Positions 41,736 through 57,330 of a stretch of 64,000 nucleotides of DNA are shown here, in pieces. Position numbers and translations under genes: made by a program. Below the pieces are notes generated by a model, which ran no database searches, was not told the DNA's origin, and saw nothing but the letters and a program-made list of their open reading frames with translations. The DNA comes from Octopus vulgaris (taxonomy: Eukaryota): contig OX597820.1 in the NCBI GenBank assembly GCA_951406725.2, forward strand, positions 41,540,001 to 41,604,000, in the 5' to 3' direction. The number at the start of each line of letters is the position of its first letter. The stretch's first letter is position 1.

Positions 41736-42339
41736 TTATGTATATTTGTAGATGTACATAAACACAGATACATATAGTTATACATTCACACATATAGTTA
41801 TGTATTCATACAAGTCAGTTTTGTTTCTAAACTACGTTTTAGTCATTACCGCTACGGACGTACTTGACAATCGAAAATATATTTATATATATACGACATA
41901 CAACCTTGATGACCTTCTAACCAAGCAATACAATACGCATGATATGTGAATATATCTTTCCATGTGTGGGTAGGTATCTGTGCGCATGCACGCCCATATT
42001 TACCTAGACTTTCGGAATCCTAAGTTCAAACTTGAAGTTTTGGGCTATAATAGATGATAATAATGTCCAAGCGCTTTTAATGTAAATTTCAAGGCTTAAT
42101 GAAAATCGATCCGGGTCTCATTTTGTACTAGATTATTATTGTTTAAGTTTGTAGTGTACACTCTGATCTGCGCTTTGTATTTGACAATTATCTTTTTCAT
42201 TTTATAGAAGGAATAATAAACTAGTACAATTTTTATCCGACAAAGGTGCTAAGCTGTAATCGGAATTCTTATTGAAGGAATGTCAAGTTTTTTACTCAAT
42301 ATAACGAATCAATTATTAAATTAAAAGTCAATGGCTGTT

Positions 42340-42720
42340 GGAGAAAATGAGCTACTTTAATTATTGACATTTATTTTCACTGTATTTCCTGAAACTTTAC
42401 AGACTTGGTCACTCAAAGAACATGGAACGCAAGCAGTGGAACATTTGGTAAGTTATCCATCACAACTTATGATGCGATTAAACCTGGTAAATAATGCAGC
42501 AGTCAAAAGCTGTTCGATTAGATTGTTAGAGAATCGGTCGAGATGCATTGTTGCATCTCATCTGGCCCCTTGCGACTGTGTTAAAATTTCACCTCAGCTA
42601 GTGATCTACTTGATTGAAAACGAATCCTTCGGGAACCAATTAATGCTGATAAGCATCCGATATCAGGAGGAGTGGAGCATCATTGATACTGCATATCGGT
42701 GGTTGCGTCAGTACGCATGA
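42340..42720 (-). mobile_element. Possible old mariner C-terminal remnant
   Basis: Minus-strand LVPEGFVFNQ (EFVPEGQTVN-like), CNNAS (HDNA-like) and a terminal CVxxQGxY-like segment, in the expected order but very degenerate. Confidence 0.35.
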
Positions 42721-42823
42721 ATACAAATAAATCCCACATAAGAAGTGAGATAAACGCATGGAGAGAAAAATATGAGCGTGTGTATTTCAATGTTGGAGCC
42801 ATAAACCATAGAGTTAGAAAATC

Positions 42824-43062
42824 CTTTCTACTAAAGGCACAAGGCCTGATATTTTGAGGTAGGGGACTAGTCGATTACATTCACTGATATTTAATAATAA
42901 TGAAATTATTGTATACAGTGCTCAGGTGCACCACAACAATTTAGTTTATAGACTCCCAAAATATAAAAGGTAAAGTCGACTTCGGGGGAATTTGAACTCA
43001 GAATGTAGAGACAGATGAAATGCCGCTAAATCAGGCGTGCTACCGATTCTGCCAGCTCGCCA
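42824..43062 (-). mobile_element. SINE family A copy (second-type tail)
   Basis: AAAGTCGACTTCGGGGGAATTTGAACTCAGAA ... GATTCTGCCAGCTCGCC; tail CTTTCTACTAAAGGCACAAGGCCTGATATTTTGAGG. Confidence 0.8.
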
Positions 43063-43098
43063 TAAAATTTAAATAATACCAGTTTATAACGAAGAATT

Positions 43099-43137
<39 letters not shown>

Positions 43138-43356
43138 GTGTTTGTTTGTGCGTGCGTGTGAAAGTACGTGTATGTGTGTGTATGTTGTCTAAAAATCTAG
43201 ATTACCAATGAGGAATCATTTTTTCATCCAATGATTTCCCTACCCATCTCAATGAAATTGTAAGACGAACAAGGGTCTCTTCGTCAATAATTTAACTTCA
43301 TGGGCAAAAATGAAGCTTTACGTATATAGATATGAATACGTATACATATTCACACG

Positions 43357-43396
<40 letters not shown>

Positions 43397-43401
43397 TACA
43401 T

Positions 43402-43459
<58 letters not shown>

Positions 43460-43769
43460 TACGTATACATACTCACATATATGCAGAAAGAGAGAGAGAG
43501 AGAGAGAGAGAGATAAAGAGAGTATGTATGTGTATCTATTTATGAGTGTGTTTGCATGTTTATTTGTGTGTGTGTGTGTATATGCATAAATGATAGAGAA
43601 GAATGAGAGAGGTAGAGAAACATACCTTCCTCATGCATATGTCAAATTTTATGTTTGAAATATAGATAGCTATATTATAGCCAGCACTTAATACAAAGAG
43701 TGACAAAAGAAGAGATAGAAAGTAAAACAAGAGAGTGTGAGTTAGAGAGAGGGATAGACAGAAAGAAGC

Positions 43770-43822
<53 letters not shown>

Positions 43823-44949
43823 TAAAGGGGAAGGAGAGGGAGTCACAGAAAAGCGAGAGAGAGAGGAAGAGAAGGCGAGAGATAGGAGAGAGAGAGAGAG
43901 AGAAGTAGATAACGATAAAATGAAAGGTGGTGATTGAGAGAGATGGGTTTGTGAAAAGAGTACAAAAATGATGGACGTGGAGGAAATATTTAGCAATTGA
44001 GACGACTTGCACACGCATCAAAGTAACTGCATGTGCATCTGACTATTGATATGGTTTGTCACTTTAAGCATCCATACATTTATGTACTTGTGCCTATGTA
44101 TCTATTTTAGCGTCTAACTGCATTATACTTTGCATTTTCGTATGTGCAGCGAGGTGTAACAGCGAACACAACCGTTCCTATTCATACTTGCTGTTTTTCT
44201 TTAGTTTTTACAAAATGTCTTTTTATCTGACTTTAATATGCATAGTGTTGTATGTGTTTGGTCTTGTACGTGTAAGTGCGTATGCGTGTGGGTGTAAAAT
44301 GCGTGTGTGTGTGTGTATTAATGTGTCTTAATGTGTGTTTGTCTTCTTGCAACTGCTTACTTGTTTCAGGAACTGTTTATACATTTATAGATATACATAT
44401 ACATATATGTGGTGTACAAATGTAAGTGTCTATGAATGAGTATGATTATCTATGATTTACCAATATCTGTCAGCGTGTGTGTTCATAGTTGTATGCCTAT
44501 GGGTGTGAGCTGTTCGTGTGGGCAGAGATATTTGATGTGAATTTGAGAGCTACGCAGTTTTTAATCTACATTTTTTTGTTTGTATGTTATGGCATGTGAA
44601 TGATTTTTGTTCTGTTATTTATTTTTTGCATGCAAAACATCGCAAAAAGGCTTCATCGCTGTGAAAGAGGGTCTTCTCATGCTGTATCTCACATGTGTAT
44701 CTGACTCCATAATCTACAATAAAATGCATATAGCAGAAGCTAAAAGCTGCAAAAGCTTACATCAATTCCACTATCCGCCTATGGAACAAAGAATGCTAGA
44801 CTAAGCATCCAGTAGGGTTTCCCCCACTTTCCTTCAGTTCACGAGCATTTAAGTAGTTACAGTTTAGGGAAGCAGCATTTAAAGATATTACATCACGGAA
44901 TGAAGAAAGAATCACACTAAAAGATAAGGTATGAAGACCTGTGTGATTC

Positions 44950-45306
<357 letters not shown>

Positions 45307-46060
45307 GTATTTCTGTCTATCACTTTTTATCTATTCATCTATCTTTGTAAATTCTGACAATACTGTAAGCATACAGATCCATTACATACGCACAATTTTA
45401 TTTTTGCAAGCTAGGTATAATATTGATGAAATCCACTACGAATTCTATCTGATGACATATAGATCTTGGAAAATGAGAGATAAATTAGACCACCCAGGGA
45501 AATTTTAATTTGGAATATAGAGGGAAGAATCCCTGTTAGGCATTAAGGTTAGTAAATAGCTTCCCTCTCAACCTTTTAGTAAACCTACCTACTTGCCTAC
45601 CTACCTACCTACCTACCTACCTACCTACCTACCTACCTACCTACCTACCTACCTACCTATCCACCTACATATCCACCTACTTACCTTCCTACCTACTTAC
45701 ACACATACTTAAATACTTACCTACACCCACATATATTTACATATTTGTACGTGTGTAAACAGACGCATACGCGTACTTGCACACACACACACACACATAG
45801 TTGCACACACACACACACACACACACATAAACACATAGGAGAATTTCATGTTTGATATAGTGAAATGAAAATTTTCAGTTAACTGAGATTATACTTCTAA
45901 TTAGAAAATGAAAGATGAAAGCACCCGAAGGTGCATTTTAAATCACGCTTCCCGCTCTCCCTTTCCCCCTCTCTCGTTCTCTAGCTATACCTACTTTCAC
46001 AAAAACACAATCATGTTACATATATGTGTGTATGTAAATATATATATATATATATGTATG

Positions 46061-46103
<43 letters not shown>

Positions 46104-46880
46104 CACAAATGCATAAAGCATACATGTTCCCACATTACTTATCTTTGCTACCGCCTCACTCTTCGAAATGGTAACTGATGAGACTGGTCGGAATTCTGTC
46201 GGTGCAAAGAAAATTCTCTCTCAGCAGTTATCGATAATTTCCTTCCATACTTGTGGAAGCAATTTGTTTGACCGAACCCCTCAAGTTGGAAATGCTCAGA
46301 CACTGAAATAATGCGCTTGGAATGCTTACGACAATATCGATAGGGCCAGCTAATGTCAATTACGTGCCAAATAGAGTTTGTTTTCTGCAATCCATGGCCC
46401 TGTTTTTTTTTGGGACAACTACGCAGTTTAATTGCAACGACGTCTAGACAAGCCTCCTTGAAACTGTCATTAGTCCTCTAACACGAACATATGTGTTGCA
46501 CCTTCTACTTTGAACGAATGTAGAGGTCTAACTCATAACAGCGACTCTGTTATCAAAATATAAATATGTTAGATGATACTTCGGTAGGCGCTATTGGAAG
46601 TGAAGTCCTGAAGGGCACCATTATAACCTACATAAATACAGACACGAGCATTATACGTTATTTTCAACGGTGATACGGACTCAAACGAAGGGTATAGATA
46701 TCGCCAAATAACTGAAAAATAGAGAGACTCGCTGATGCTGCCTCCTATGTCTTAATACACTCACACAATATACTGATATACATTGCGATCTTTAGATGCC
46801 AATGTTATGATGATTTATGAAAGAAGTCTAATTACGGTTCAATGATTTTGTAGAATCATTAAACAGGCCAAATTTATCAA

Positions 46881-46944
46881 GGTCTGAGATTCGAACCCGC
46901 GATCCCTCGACCGCGAGTCCGCTGCTCTAACCACTAGGCCATGT
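46881..46944 (-). mobile_element. Isolated tRNA-like SINE head
   Basis: Minus strand ACATGGCCTAGTGGTTAGAGCAGCGGACTCGCGGTCGAGGGATCGCGGGTTCGAATCTCAGACC has clean A and B boxes but no paired acceptor stem. Confidence 0.7.
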
Positions 46945-48965
46945 AAACGTGTCTGCATATATGTATATGGTCTGATATGCGTGTCTGGTGTATATATGAC
47001 TGTTACTCTGACAAAGGTTGTATTTTTATATATTTACTGTTAAAAACAAATCGTATCTTTTTGTTATCAAATCACTGACTAATCGAAAGGTTAGTTTCTT
47101 CCCTTTCAAGATGAAGTTATATACGGAGCATTTTCCCGTTATGCATTGAATATCTCAGTAACTACTGCTCCAGTTTACGCGAAACTTGTTTCATATCATT
47201 CGTATTAACATTTCAGGGTAAATTTAATGCATAGTATTTTCCCATAATGCGCTAGTTTGGCTGAGTAACATTGTAAGCAAGATTGAAACTGACTTTTAAT
47301 GTATTATATACGTACATACATACAAACATACATACATACATACATACATACATACATACATACATACATACATACATACTTATAAGTTGTATATATACAC
47401 ACACACACATACATATATACATACATTCTGTCCATCAAGGGTGGTGTTTTAGAATGATAAGCGTGAACTGTTTCAGCGTAAAGTTTCTTGAACCATTAGC
47501 ACCAAGTGGTTGTATTAAACGGTCAATTACGGCTTTGAACTCAGAAGCGTTCTATTTATTATGCTTGGGAGATAAAAATGTACGATGACGATCTTTTTGA
47601 AGGAAAAACATGAAATACATGCATTAATTAGAGTACATCGAAAACGAGTCCATGGAAGGTAAGTGCTGCATTCAAAAACACTTTTAAAAAAACTGGGAAA
47701 ATTCTTGGCTGTCAAGTTATTTGCACTTGCAGGATCAACAGTGGTTCAGGCACTGCGCACGGTACTGTATGAATCTATCAATCCAATCGCTGCCAACTCA
47801 TGATAATCATGATCATGATCATCATCATGATCATCATCATCATCAGCAGCAGCAGCAGCACCACCACCACCACATCATACTGCTCTTGTCGTTGCTGTTG
47901 TTGTTATTGCAGTTATAAGTACCTCAAATTACTTACTAGATACTTGCTTTTTCACCGTTATCAAGATTAAAGATATACGCGCTTCCAATTCTCACAACAA
48001 CTGTCCTTGTAAACCCATTGTAATGCCTCTCCCCAGAACTTTACAAGAACTTTCAGCATTTGGAACTGCAGGCCATTTTCCATGCATGAATGATAAAACA
48101 TTATGTGAATAAAATGGTTTTATGAGGGGATAAGCAATAGTGTGAATTATAATTTCTTATGTCCATTCACAACATCATTTTCCGTGGGAAAACATGTTTT
48201 CCTTAATACTCACGTTTCTAGGAAAAACACTTTACTTTCCTTTACAAAGGAAAAGTTTTTCCCTTTCTCATTTACATTCAATGGACAGAAGATAATGGGC
48301 AGCAAGGAAAGTATTTTTGTTTTCCTGCTTTTATTGTCGTCTATTATCTTTTTTAAATTTCTGTAAATAATTTGGACCGCAAATTTTAGTTATCTACAGA
48401 ACAAAATCGAAAACTTGAAGCAACTACGGAGAAAATGTTGCGATACAGTCAAAGGATTGGAGAAAAATACAAAGACAAAAAATAGGAGAAACCTTAAGAC
48501 AAGACCGATAGAAAAACGGCTTAGTATGATTGGGCATAAACGTATCAAAGAAAAAATCAAGAATTATAAAGAGAGTTTAAAGGTGGTGAACAGTGTCCTA
48601 ATTATATTTGAAAAGTCGCAACACACAGAGAGGAGAGAGAAATAGAGGTGGGAGAGAGAAGAGAGAGAGAAAGGAATGAGGGAGAGAGAGTGAGAGAGGT
48701 GGGATTAAGTATCATGGATGAAGAACAGCTGACAGAATATCACGAAAAATTTCAAAAAATCATTATGTAGACACATACATACATACATACGTACACATAA
48801 TTCATTTCAGCTTATTTACTACTTCTCTTACAGCATGACTAAATCGCTTTTTTAAGACGATTGTAACCGGTAGCATATTTTGATAAAGGTATGAGTATTT
48901 TCTTCTTGGCATACACAAGGTTCTCAAAGTATTTTCATATGTGTGGGTGTATGTGTGTGTTTGTT

Positions 48966-49004
<39 letters not shown>

Positions 49005-51675
49005 TGAAATTTTCGCCCTTCTTTTTCCTGAACAACCAGACATACATTCTCCATATATATTTAGGGGTTAATTTCGTGCTTATGATGTCTCTGCTGTCGT
49101 CGCTTCTACGTTTATCCCCACATAATACCAAAAGGACATGCCTTTCAGCTGTGACTATTCTGTTTGATTGTCAGTGATAGTGTTCGCAGACTCATATCAT
49201 TACCTCATTGGACTCATAATTTAATAACACGTGCAAATCGAGGATGATTTAGTTGCTATATCTAGCAGGTCGAGGGTCGAGACTCCCTCTGTTGTGTGTT
49301 GCCGTTCTTCTGGAAGGCACCCTCCTATTGTTACTAATATGCAGTCTGCCAATAATGTAATTCTATTTGTAGCTGGGATATTTCATGTCTACATTTATAC
49401 ACAATGCCTTGCTTTCTATTGAGTATGTTAAACGTTTACATAATTATATTATACTTCTTTGCAATGTTTAATAAACATTTGCCAGTGCCGTTGACATAAG
49501 GAGTGGTAGTTTCAATTATAGATAGCTTATTGTTTTGTCGATGTTATTCGTCTTCAAAGCGCGTGTATGCACACACAGAGCCAGACATTTATTCAAAATA
49601 CACATTATACATCAGCGCGCGCGCGCCTTCTCTATTTTACTTTCTTTTTTAGTCATTCTTAACTGTATTACAGGAAATGAAATGGCTGCGATTTTGAATG
49701 AAAACGAGGTTGCAGTCACGTCTCATTGGAGCTTATTGGTAAAATATTCCTATATGCAACGTAAATTTTAACAGATTATTCCAATTGTTTGGTCTAGAGA
49801 CGATGATCATTACCAATGAAGAGGCGCATTTTCCCGAACAAAAGAAATAAAAATGAAAATTGTAATATATATGCCAGATAGTGCTGGATGGATGGACCCA
49901 TCACATATGAATCGAAGGAACTTAAACAACTGCCATGGAAATGTGAAAATATTGGTTCTGTTGGAATAGGTTGTAGCTTTGATGCAGAAATTTTAATTTA
50001 TTTCAAGCATAATGATTATGGTACAATAAAACTAGAACATTAAAGCACACCATACTATTTTATACTATTATATTCTCTACAAAATCGCTATAGTATATGG
50101 AAGCTTTCTGGTCTCTATATTTCAACTAAATGTATGGCTCCCTCTAAACAAAATTAAGAAAAGAGAGGGAAAAAAGAGGAATAAAAACAGCAACTGCAAC
50201 GAAAAAATGGTTGCTGTCCATCAGAAAATTTTCATTCATCTGAATCACTAGAGCTCTCCTAATAAAACATAACAATTAAATTGCTGTCTAGTAACTAAAA
50301 AACAAGAAATAATATGAACGCAAAAAATTATTCCATGAAGCTGTTTAGCGTTTCTGCCGGTTTCCAGTAAATGCACAATAGTATTTGTGTCACAAAAACC
50401 GCCCTAAATTTCGTGCGGGTAGAAGTAGGAGCAGAAAAACATCAATGGAGAGCAATACCACTATTAGTAGTTCATTCATGCCTGCCTCCATCTCGTATTA
50501 GCTTCACTTGTCTTTGCAGAGATTTTTTTCCCATCCTCTCTTTTCAATTGCACACTTAACACACATCTCCATCACCATCACTACATTACCCACCCAAACA
50601 GCAGTAGCTCGTTCTTTTCGTCTTTGGTATTTTAGTTCTCCACTTAAAACATCTCACACACTACTCGCTCTACCCACATATTACCACCATTGAACACCTC
50701 CATTTAACTTTAAAAAAGACCACTGCTTCTTTTAGCTTCAAACTAGTTATTTTCTTTTCTTCTTCAAATGTTCTAGTATCCGAACACATGCACGCATGCC
50801 AATTCCGAATACTTTACTAAAGTATGCAATATGTACACACCCATTAACTTCCATATGTATTTACACATTAATAACCTCCCATTTCTTTCGACATTCATTT
50901 GACCGACCTTTCGTTCACCAACCCGCAGAAAACAAGACACACGGACACACGTACAAGCACCAACATAAACACTCGCATATACATATATACGTATTTACAT
51001 CCAATAACGGCAAAACCGACACGCCTAATGCGCTTGAGAAGAGACTGTAAAAGAGGAGAAAAACCGTGCAAAAACCTTATAAAACATACAGAAATATATA
51101 ATACTTGGTGGAGAAAAATCCATAAAAAGGTTTGTTCAGCAAAAAGAAACGAGACAAAAAGCAACCAGAGATGGAGAGAAAAACCTTTAGAAGAGGCGGG
51201 AAAAGGAGGAATGATGGGAAATTAAGCGAGATTTTAATTTGCAAAACTATAGCTATGATATAATGAATGCAGAAAGGAACTGAATCCAGGGTCGGCGCAA
51301 GAGCAGCCACTGAAACAGATTTAAGTATTTATTTGATATGAGCATAAGTGTGCATGAATCACTGCATTTATGAATGTGTTTGAACGAGGTTATATCTGGG
51401 TAAGTCTGCCCGAAGATGTAGTACGTACAAATACGAAAGAAAATGTTTGATGTACATAAATAAATGCGTGTGTGTATTTACGTAAATATGTATGTACCTG
51501 AATTTGTATACAAGTATGTGTGCAAATGTGTCCCTTTTTTTTTTTAGTTATTGAAATTCTTGTAAAGAAGAACTGAGCTAGTTTCTACTAAAGGAGCAAG
51601 GGTGGAGTTTATACAACAGTAATGGTGATGATATACGGGTGTATGTATGCATACGTTTATGTCTCTCTCTCTCTC

Positions 51676-51747
<72 letters not shown>

Positions 51748-53045
51748 CTCTGTGTGTGTGTGTGTGTGTGTGTTGATATATCAATATGCATATGCATTTA
51801 TGTATGTATGAAGAGACGTTTCAACATCAATATGTCTATCATACGAATATATTTGCAATGCACGCAACCATAGACACATGTTTCAAATTGATGTTTGCAT
51901 AATATCATGTTTTCAACATAGTTGTATATAATTGATATATAATTGCTGTTTGTCCAACTACACAATATTTATTTATTTTTTTTATTATCAATACACATAT
52001 TCCCACAAATATACTTACATATTTACACACTCGCACTTACATTTGCAAACACAATCGCATACACACGCGCGCACACACACGTATGTACAAACATATGCAG
52101 ATATGTATCTATGCATGTATGTATGCATGTATGTATGTATGTATGTATGTATGTATGTATGTATGTATGTATGTATGTGTGTGTGTGTGTATGTATGCAT
52201 GTGTGTATGTATATATTAGCATATAGATATGCTTCTGTACAGTTGTGCACTCTACGACATACTGTTTATTTCTCATTATGGCGCTTATATAGAATTTCCT
52301 TGTGTAAAACTCGTGTACGAAACCGTACACGCGCAGAATTGTAAACGAAATTAAATACATTTTGTATAAAGTATACAAAACATAGCAACATCAACAAACT
52401 TTGCAAGGGCCGAGCAGTAGATGTTCCCTGCGGGGAAGTGATATTGTCTGGTGTTTCAAAGATAATCCGTAGTTTGAAAGATTAATTCAGGGAAAAGTTG
52501 TACAGATAATTGTAACAAGCACACAGAACTATACAGCGGGCCGACAGAAATGGCAATGATAGTGATGGAAATGGTGCTAGTGGCGGTGGTGGCGGTAGTC
52601 GTGTTTGTGGTGGTGGTGGTGGTGGTGGTGGTGGTGGTAATAATAATAGGGTCTAGTGCTTCCACCGGAGTAAAATTAGGGATTAAAACAATTTGAGGAA
52701 GAGGAGGCTGAAGTAAAAAAAAAGTACCGATAACAAAGCAAATAAATGAATAAAGGAAGAAGTAAAGATTCAATAATGGAACATAAGATTTTAATCAACA
52801 AAACATTTATCAGAGCAAAGACAATAGAGGCAACAGTGAATTTTAAAGCGCAGCATCAACTCTAGCAACTAATAAACAAATGAAGTCATGAATGAATGCA
52901 AACATACGTATTTACCTAAAAGCAGATATGCATACATAAATACATGTACTAAAATACACATACACACACACACGTACACACACATACATATTGCATGTAC
53001 CGTTTATGTATGCTGCAGCGCACTCTGCCTCACATTTCTTTTTCT

Positions 53046-53300
53046 CATACATACATACATACATACATATACATACATACATACATATACATAGATACAT
53101 ATACATACATATACATAAATACATATACATACATACATATACATACACATGCATGCATACATACATATACATACATACATACACATACACACATATACAT
53201 ACATACACATACATACACATACACACACATACACATACATACATACACACACATACATACACATACATACACATACATACATACACATACATACATATAC

Positions 53301-53333
<33 letters not shown>

Positions 53334-53742
53334 CATATACATACATATACATACATATACATACATACACATACATACACACACATAGATACACATACAT
53401 ACATACACATACATCCATACATATACATACATATATATATATATATATATATGTACATACATATACATACATACACATACATACATACATACACACATAC
53501 ATACACATACATACATACACACATACATACATATACATACATATATATACATACATATACATACATATATATACATATATATATATACATACATATACAT
53601 ATACACATATATATATATATATATATATACATATATATACACATATATACATACACATATATACATACACACACACATACATATATATATACATACAAAC
53701 ATACATAAATGCACGCATGCATACATGTATACATACATACAC
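53046..53742. repeat. ~700-bp degenerate (TACA)n/(TA)n/(CA)n array
   Basis: Directly visible; source of the 237-276 aa pseudo-ORFs. Confidence 0.95.
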
Positions 53743-54424
53743 AACTATAAAAATTTGGCATTATAGCATTACAAAGGATATAGTAGAGACCGTATAGTAT
53801 TTTACTTTATCTTTCTCTCTCTCTCTCTCCCTTTCTCTGTTTCCACATTTGTCTCTTCCCTACACTATATTCTCATACACCCCGTTATCTTTCGCTTGCT
53901 CTGCCTTTTCCTAATGTTTAACTTCCCTCATATTTTTCAATCTTTTGATTTCTACTCTACTTCACTCTGCATTCTTTCTTTTTACTATTATTATTATTAT
54001 TATTATTATCATTATTATTATTATTATTAATATCATTATTGTTATTATTCCTCTTTCCTTATTGCTTTCTCTCCTGTTTGCATTTCACCCTTTCTTTCTA
54101 TCTGTCTTCTCTTACTCATTTTTTTTTTCCTCTTTACTCTCTTTGTCTGTTTGTCTGATCTCTTTTTCATCCATTGATCTCTTGCCTTATCTTCAAACTG
54201 CAATATATGCGAGCTTTTTCCAAAGTTCGTTCATTTGAATGAGCCCCGGTTTCATATACCACATTACTGTAACAATATCAAAAGTTCTTCCGGATTTACA
54301 GCATTAACATGGACCAAAAAAACACAAACGTTTATATAAATGCAAATGTAAGACATGCATATTTGTATGTATATTTATATATAATATACATACATATGCT
54401 TGCGTGTATATATATATATGTATG

Positions 54425-54519
<95 letters not shown>

Positions 54520-55142
54520 ATGTATATATGTATGTATGTGTGTGTATTTGTATGTATGTATATGTATGTGTGTATATGTGTGTGTGTGTTTGTGTGTGTA
54601 AGCATGAATTTGTCAATCACCACATTATTTATCATTTTCATCTATCTACCCAAAATAATCATGCAGCTCAAAGCTTACCAGCAGCAGTATTAACAAAGAT
54701 ATTTTCCAAAAAAAAAAAAAAAAAATCAAAATAATACAAAATGTATTCTTGTTAACATGGGCTTTGAACATTTCGATTCATCAGGTGGTTACTTCTTAAC
54801 AACTGAACTTAAGATATGGTTATTGAAACGTAATATACAGCAAGCGATTTTCAGTACAATAACACCTTGATACATCTATAGGATTTTGAGTCATTTTCCG
54901 GTTGTTAACTGTAGCCACTTCTTGCCAAATTAGTGAACCAAATGCAAAAGAAAAAAGAAAAAGAAAAGGAACGGTGACGATAAAATGAGTAAAACGAACT
55001 CAATATGAATATGCCAAAGGACAAGAACTACCTCCTCTAATCCATGTTAAGTTTTTACCTTCTGTTTTCAATTACTAACGGAATGGAAATATTCTCCTAG
55101 GTATGGATGCGTGTATTTATGTATACATACATACATATGTAT

Positions 55143-55305
55143 GGCGCGGGAGTGGCTGTGTGGTAAGTAGCTTGCTAACCAGCCACATGGTTCCGGGTTC
55201 AGTCCAACTGCGTGGCATCTTGGGCAAGTGTCTTCTGCTATAGCCTCGGGCCGACCAATGCCTTGTGAGAGGATTTGGTAGACGGAAACTGAAAGAAGCC
55301 TGTCG

Positions 55306-55354
<49 letters not shown>

Positions 55355-55545
55355 ATCTGTGTTTCCCCCCGATGCTGATGTGTTTACTCCCCCGTCACTT
55401 AGCGGTTCGGCAAAAAGAGACCGATAGAATAAGTACTGGGTTTACAAAGAATAAGTCCCGGGGTCGATTTGCTCGACTAAAGGCGGTGCTCCAGCATGGC
55501 CGCAGTCAAATGACTGAAACAAGTAAAAGAGTAAAGAGTAAAGAG
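55143..55545 (+). mobile_element. SINE family B, full-length copy with an internal (TA)n(TG)n tract
   Basis: tRNA-like head (TGGCTGTGTGG; GGTTCAGTCC), CORE-like CTTGGGCAAGTG, microsatellite at 55306-55340, 3' domain and (GTAAAGA)n tail. Confidence 0.9.
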
Positions 55546-55689
55546 CATATAATGTATATATATATAGGTATATATATATCTATTTGTATGTATTTAGACA
55601 CATACACAGACACACGCTTAGTTTCAAGTGCTTAGTTTTTGAAAGAGACATTTCATTTGCTAGTATTGTAATACCATACGATGGAACTT

Positions 55690-56715
55690 ATAAATACCCA
55701 GTTTTTAGTATAACGTTTGTAGGGAAAATGTTAATTGAGAAAAAAAAATAGCCTACGTGTAAAGATATGCCTAAGGTGATGACGGATAAACGCCAATCAT
55801 TTATGAGTGGATAAAACATTTCGAAGATGATGGAAAACTCAGTGACACATATGAACCAGGGAATGGTTACAAATGATGGGGAAATTTTGGGAATCGATAA
55901 ATAAATGACCATTCAGAAAACTTATAATTAACGGAACGTCTCTTCTGGATCATTTCAGATGATTTTGATTGAAAAAAAAGTTTTCGTGTCCCATTTGTTT
56001 TGGATATTAATTTCAGTTCACTGTCTTTTGATATAAAAGTAGTAATAAAGAAAAAAAAAATACCAGAAATTAATTCTACTCCTACCCTTTGCAACACCTA
56101 ATTGTGATAAACCAGCGGCGTGTAGTTGTATCCCAGAAACAAAGCTCTAGTTATTTTAGTCCAACACGTCATCACATCTCAAAGGAACACCACTGTGTGC
56201 ATCAAGTGTGAAGAAAATGTTGATCGTATTTTTTTGATGTTTGAATAACCTGAACCTAATGGTCAAAAGAGTAGTCAAGTCTTTTATATAGAGTATTTGA
56301 TTCAATTAAAGAATAAAGTTGAAAGAAATCACTATGAGCTGTGAGGAAAAATGGTCATTGACTTCTTCTCCATGACAACGCACCTTCATCCATTTTGTCT
56401 GCATACATGAATTACTCTTGCGATACGACTGCTCCCTTATTCATATAATCCAAGTCAATGATATTTTTTCACGCTCTCTAACAATCAAAATGGAGCTTGG
56501 TTGTAAAGAAATGCTCGATTTTTCTCACAATATGAACGCAAAATATAGTCACATAACAACTTATAGTTTCCAACATTGCATCTGAAAGTAGCAATAAAGA
56601 TGACTCATATGCATATTATCTGAAAGATTACTTTACTGATAACAGGCATATAATATTGATATATTTGTTTGTTCTTTGAAATAAATACATGTTTTTAAAG
56701 AACTTGTATACACAA
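55690..56715 (+). mobile_element. Highly decayed mariner transposon
   Basis: Ordered fragments IYEWIKHFEDD, YPETK, KKMLIVFFDV, PNGQKSSQVFYIEYLIQLKNKV and LLHDNAP. Confidence 0.7.
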
Positions 56716-57042
56716 TTATATGAACGTATTGACAGGAATAAAAAAACATAGTCACAGAATACTCGATCAAAATCAAAACAAATCACGTTCATATCAGCCA
56801 ATCTAGAAGGCTACTACATCACTTTCTACCAATTATTTTAAAGCCATATTTTTTTATAGATCCATTTTTCCTTCTGAGACATATTTATCAAATTGTGTAT
56901 GTATGTAGAAGTGATTGTAAGAGTGTATAAACTTCCATATATACAGCTTGACACACAAAGAGATATACATACAAATGTATGCGCCGGCGTATTCACACAC
57001 ACACACACACACACAACGCACATATTTATATATACATACATT

Positions 57043-57088
<46 letters not shown>

Positions 57089-57090
57089 CA

Positions 57091-57330
57091 TATATACATT
57101 GCATACACACATGTACATACACGTATATACACATTCATATATATATATATGTCTCCCTCTCTATATATATATATCTATATATCTATAATATATATATATA
57201 TATATACATTGCATACATACATGTACATACACGTATATACACATTCATATATATATATATATATATATATATACGTTTCTCTCTCTCTCTATATATATAT
57301 ATATATCTATCTATATATCTATATCTATAT
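57091..57330. repeat. Local tandem duplication, ~110-bp unit built from microsatellite pieces
   Basis: TATATACATTGCATACA(C/T)ACATGTACATACACGTATATACACATTCATATA begins at both 57091 and 57201. Confidence 0.85.

Noticed and set aside
46174-46200. CTGATGA-GACTGGTC-GGAA hammerhead-like string
   Set aside because: GAAA is mutated to GGAA, and there is no convincing stem I or III.
46148-46450. Minus-strand fragment vaguely like a non-LTR RT (WxIDI..Y)
   Set aside because: Similarity is too faint to call without a profile search.
46881-46944. Possible tRNA gene
   Set aside because: A and B boxes are present, but the acceptor stem does not pair and the anticodon arm is irregular; it is better explained as a SINE head.
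49660-49745. AG...GT bounded segment resembling a small plus-strand exon
   Set aside because: No homology in the translation, and such dinucleotide boundaries occur by chance.
51410-51450. CCGAAGA...GAAAG hammerhead-like string
   Set aside because: Weak stem II and no credible stem III or cleavage triplet.
54768-54786. Minus-strand CTGATGA-ATC-GAAA string
   Set aside because: No stem II can form; chance match or a fully decayed remnant.
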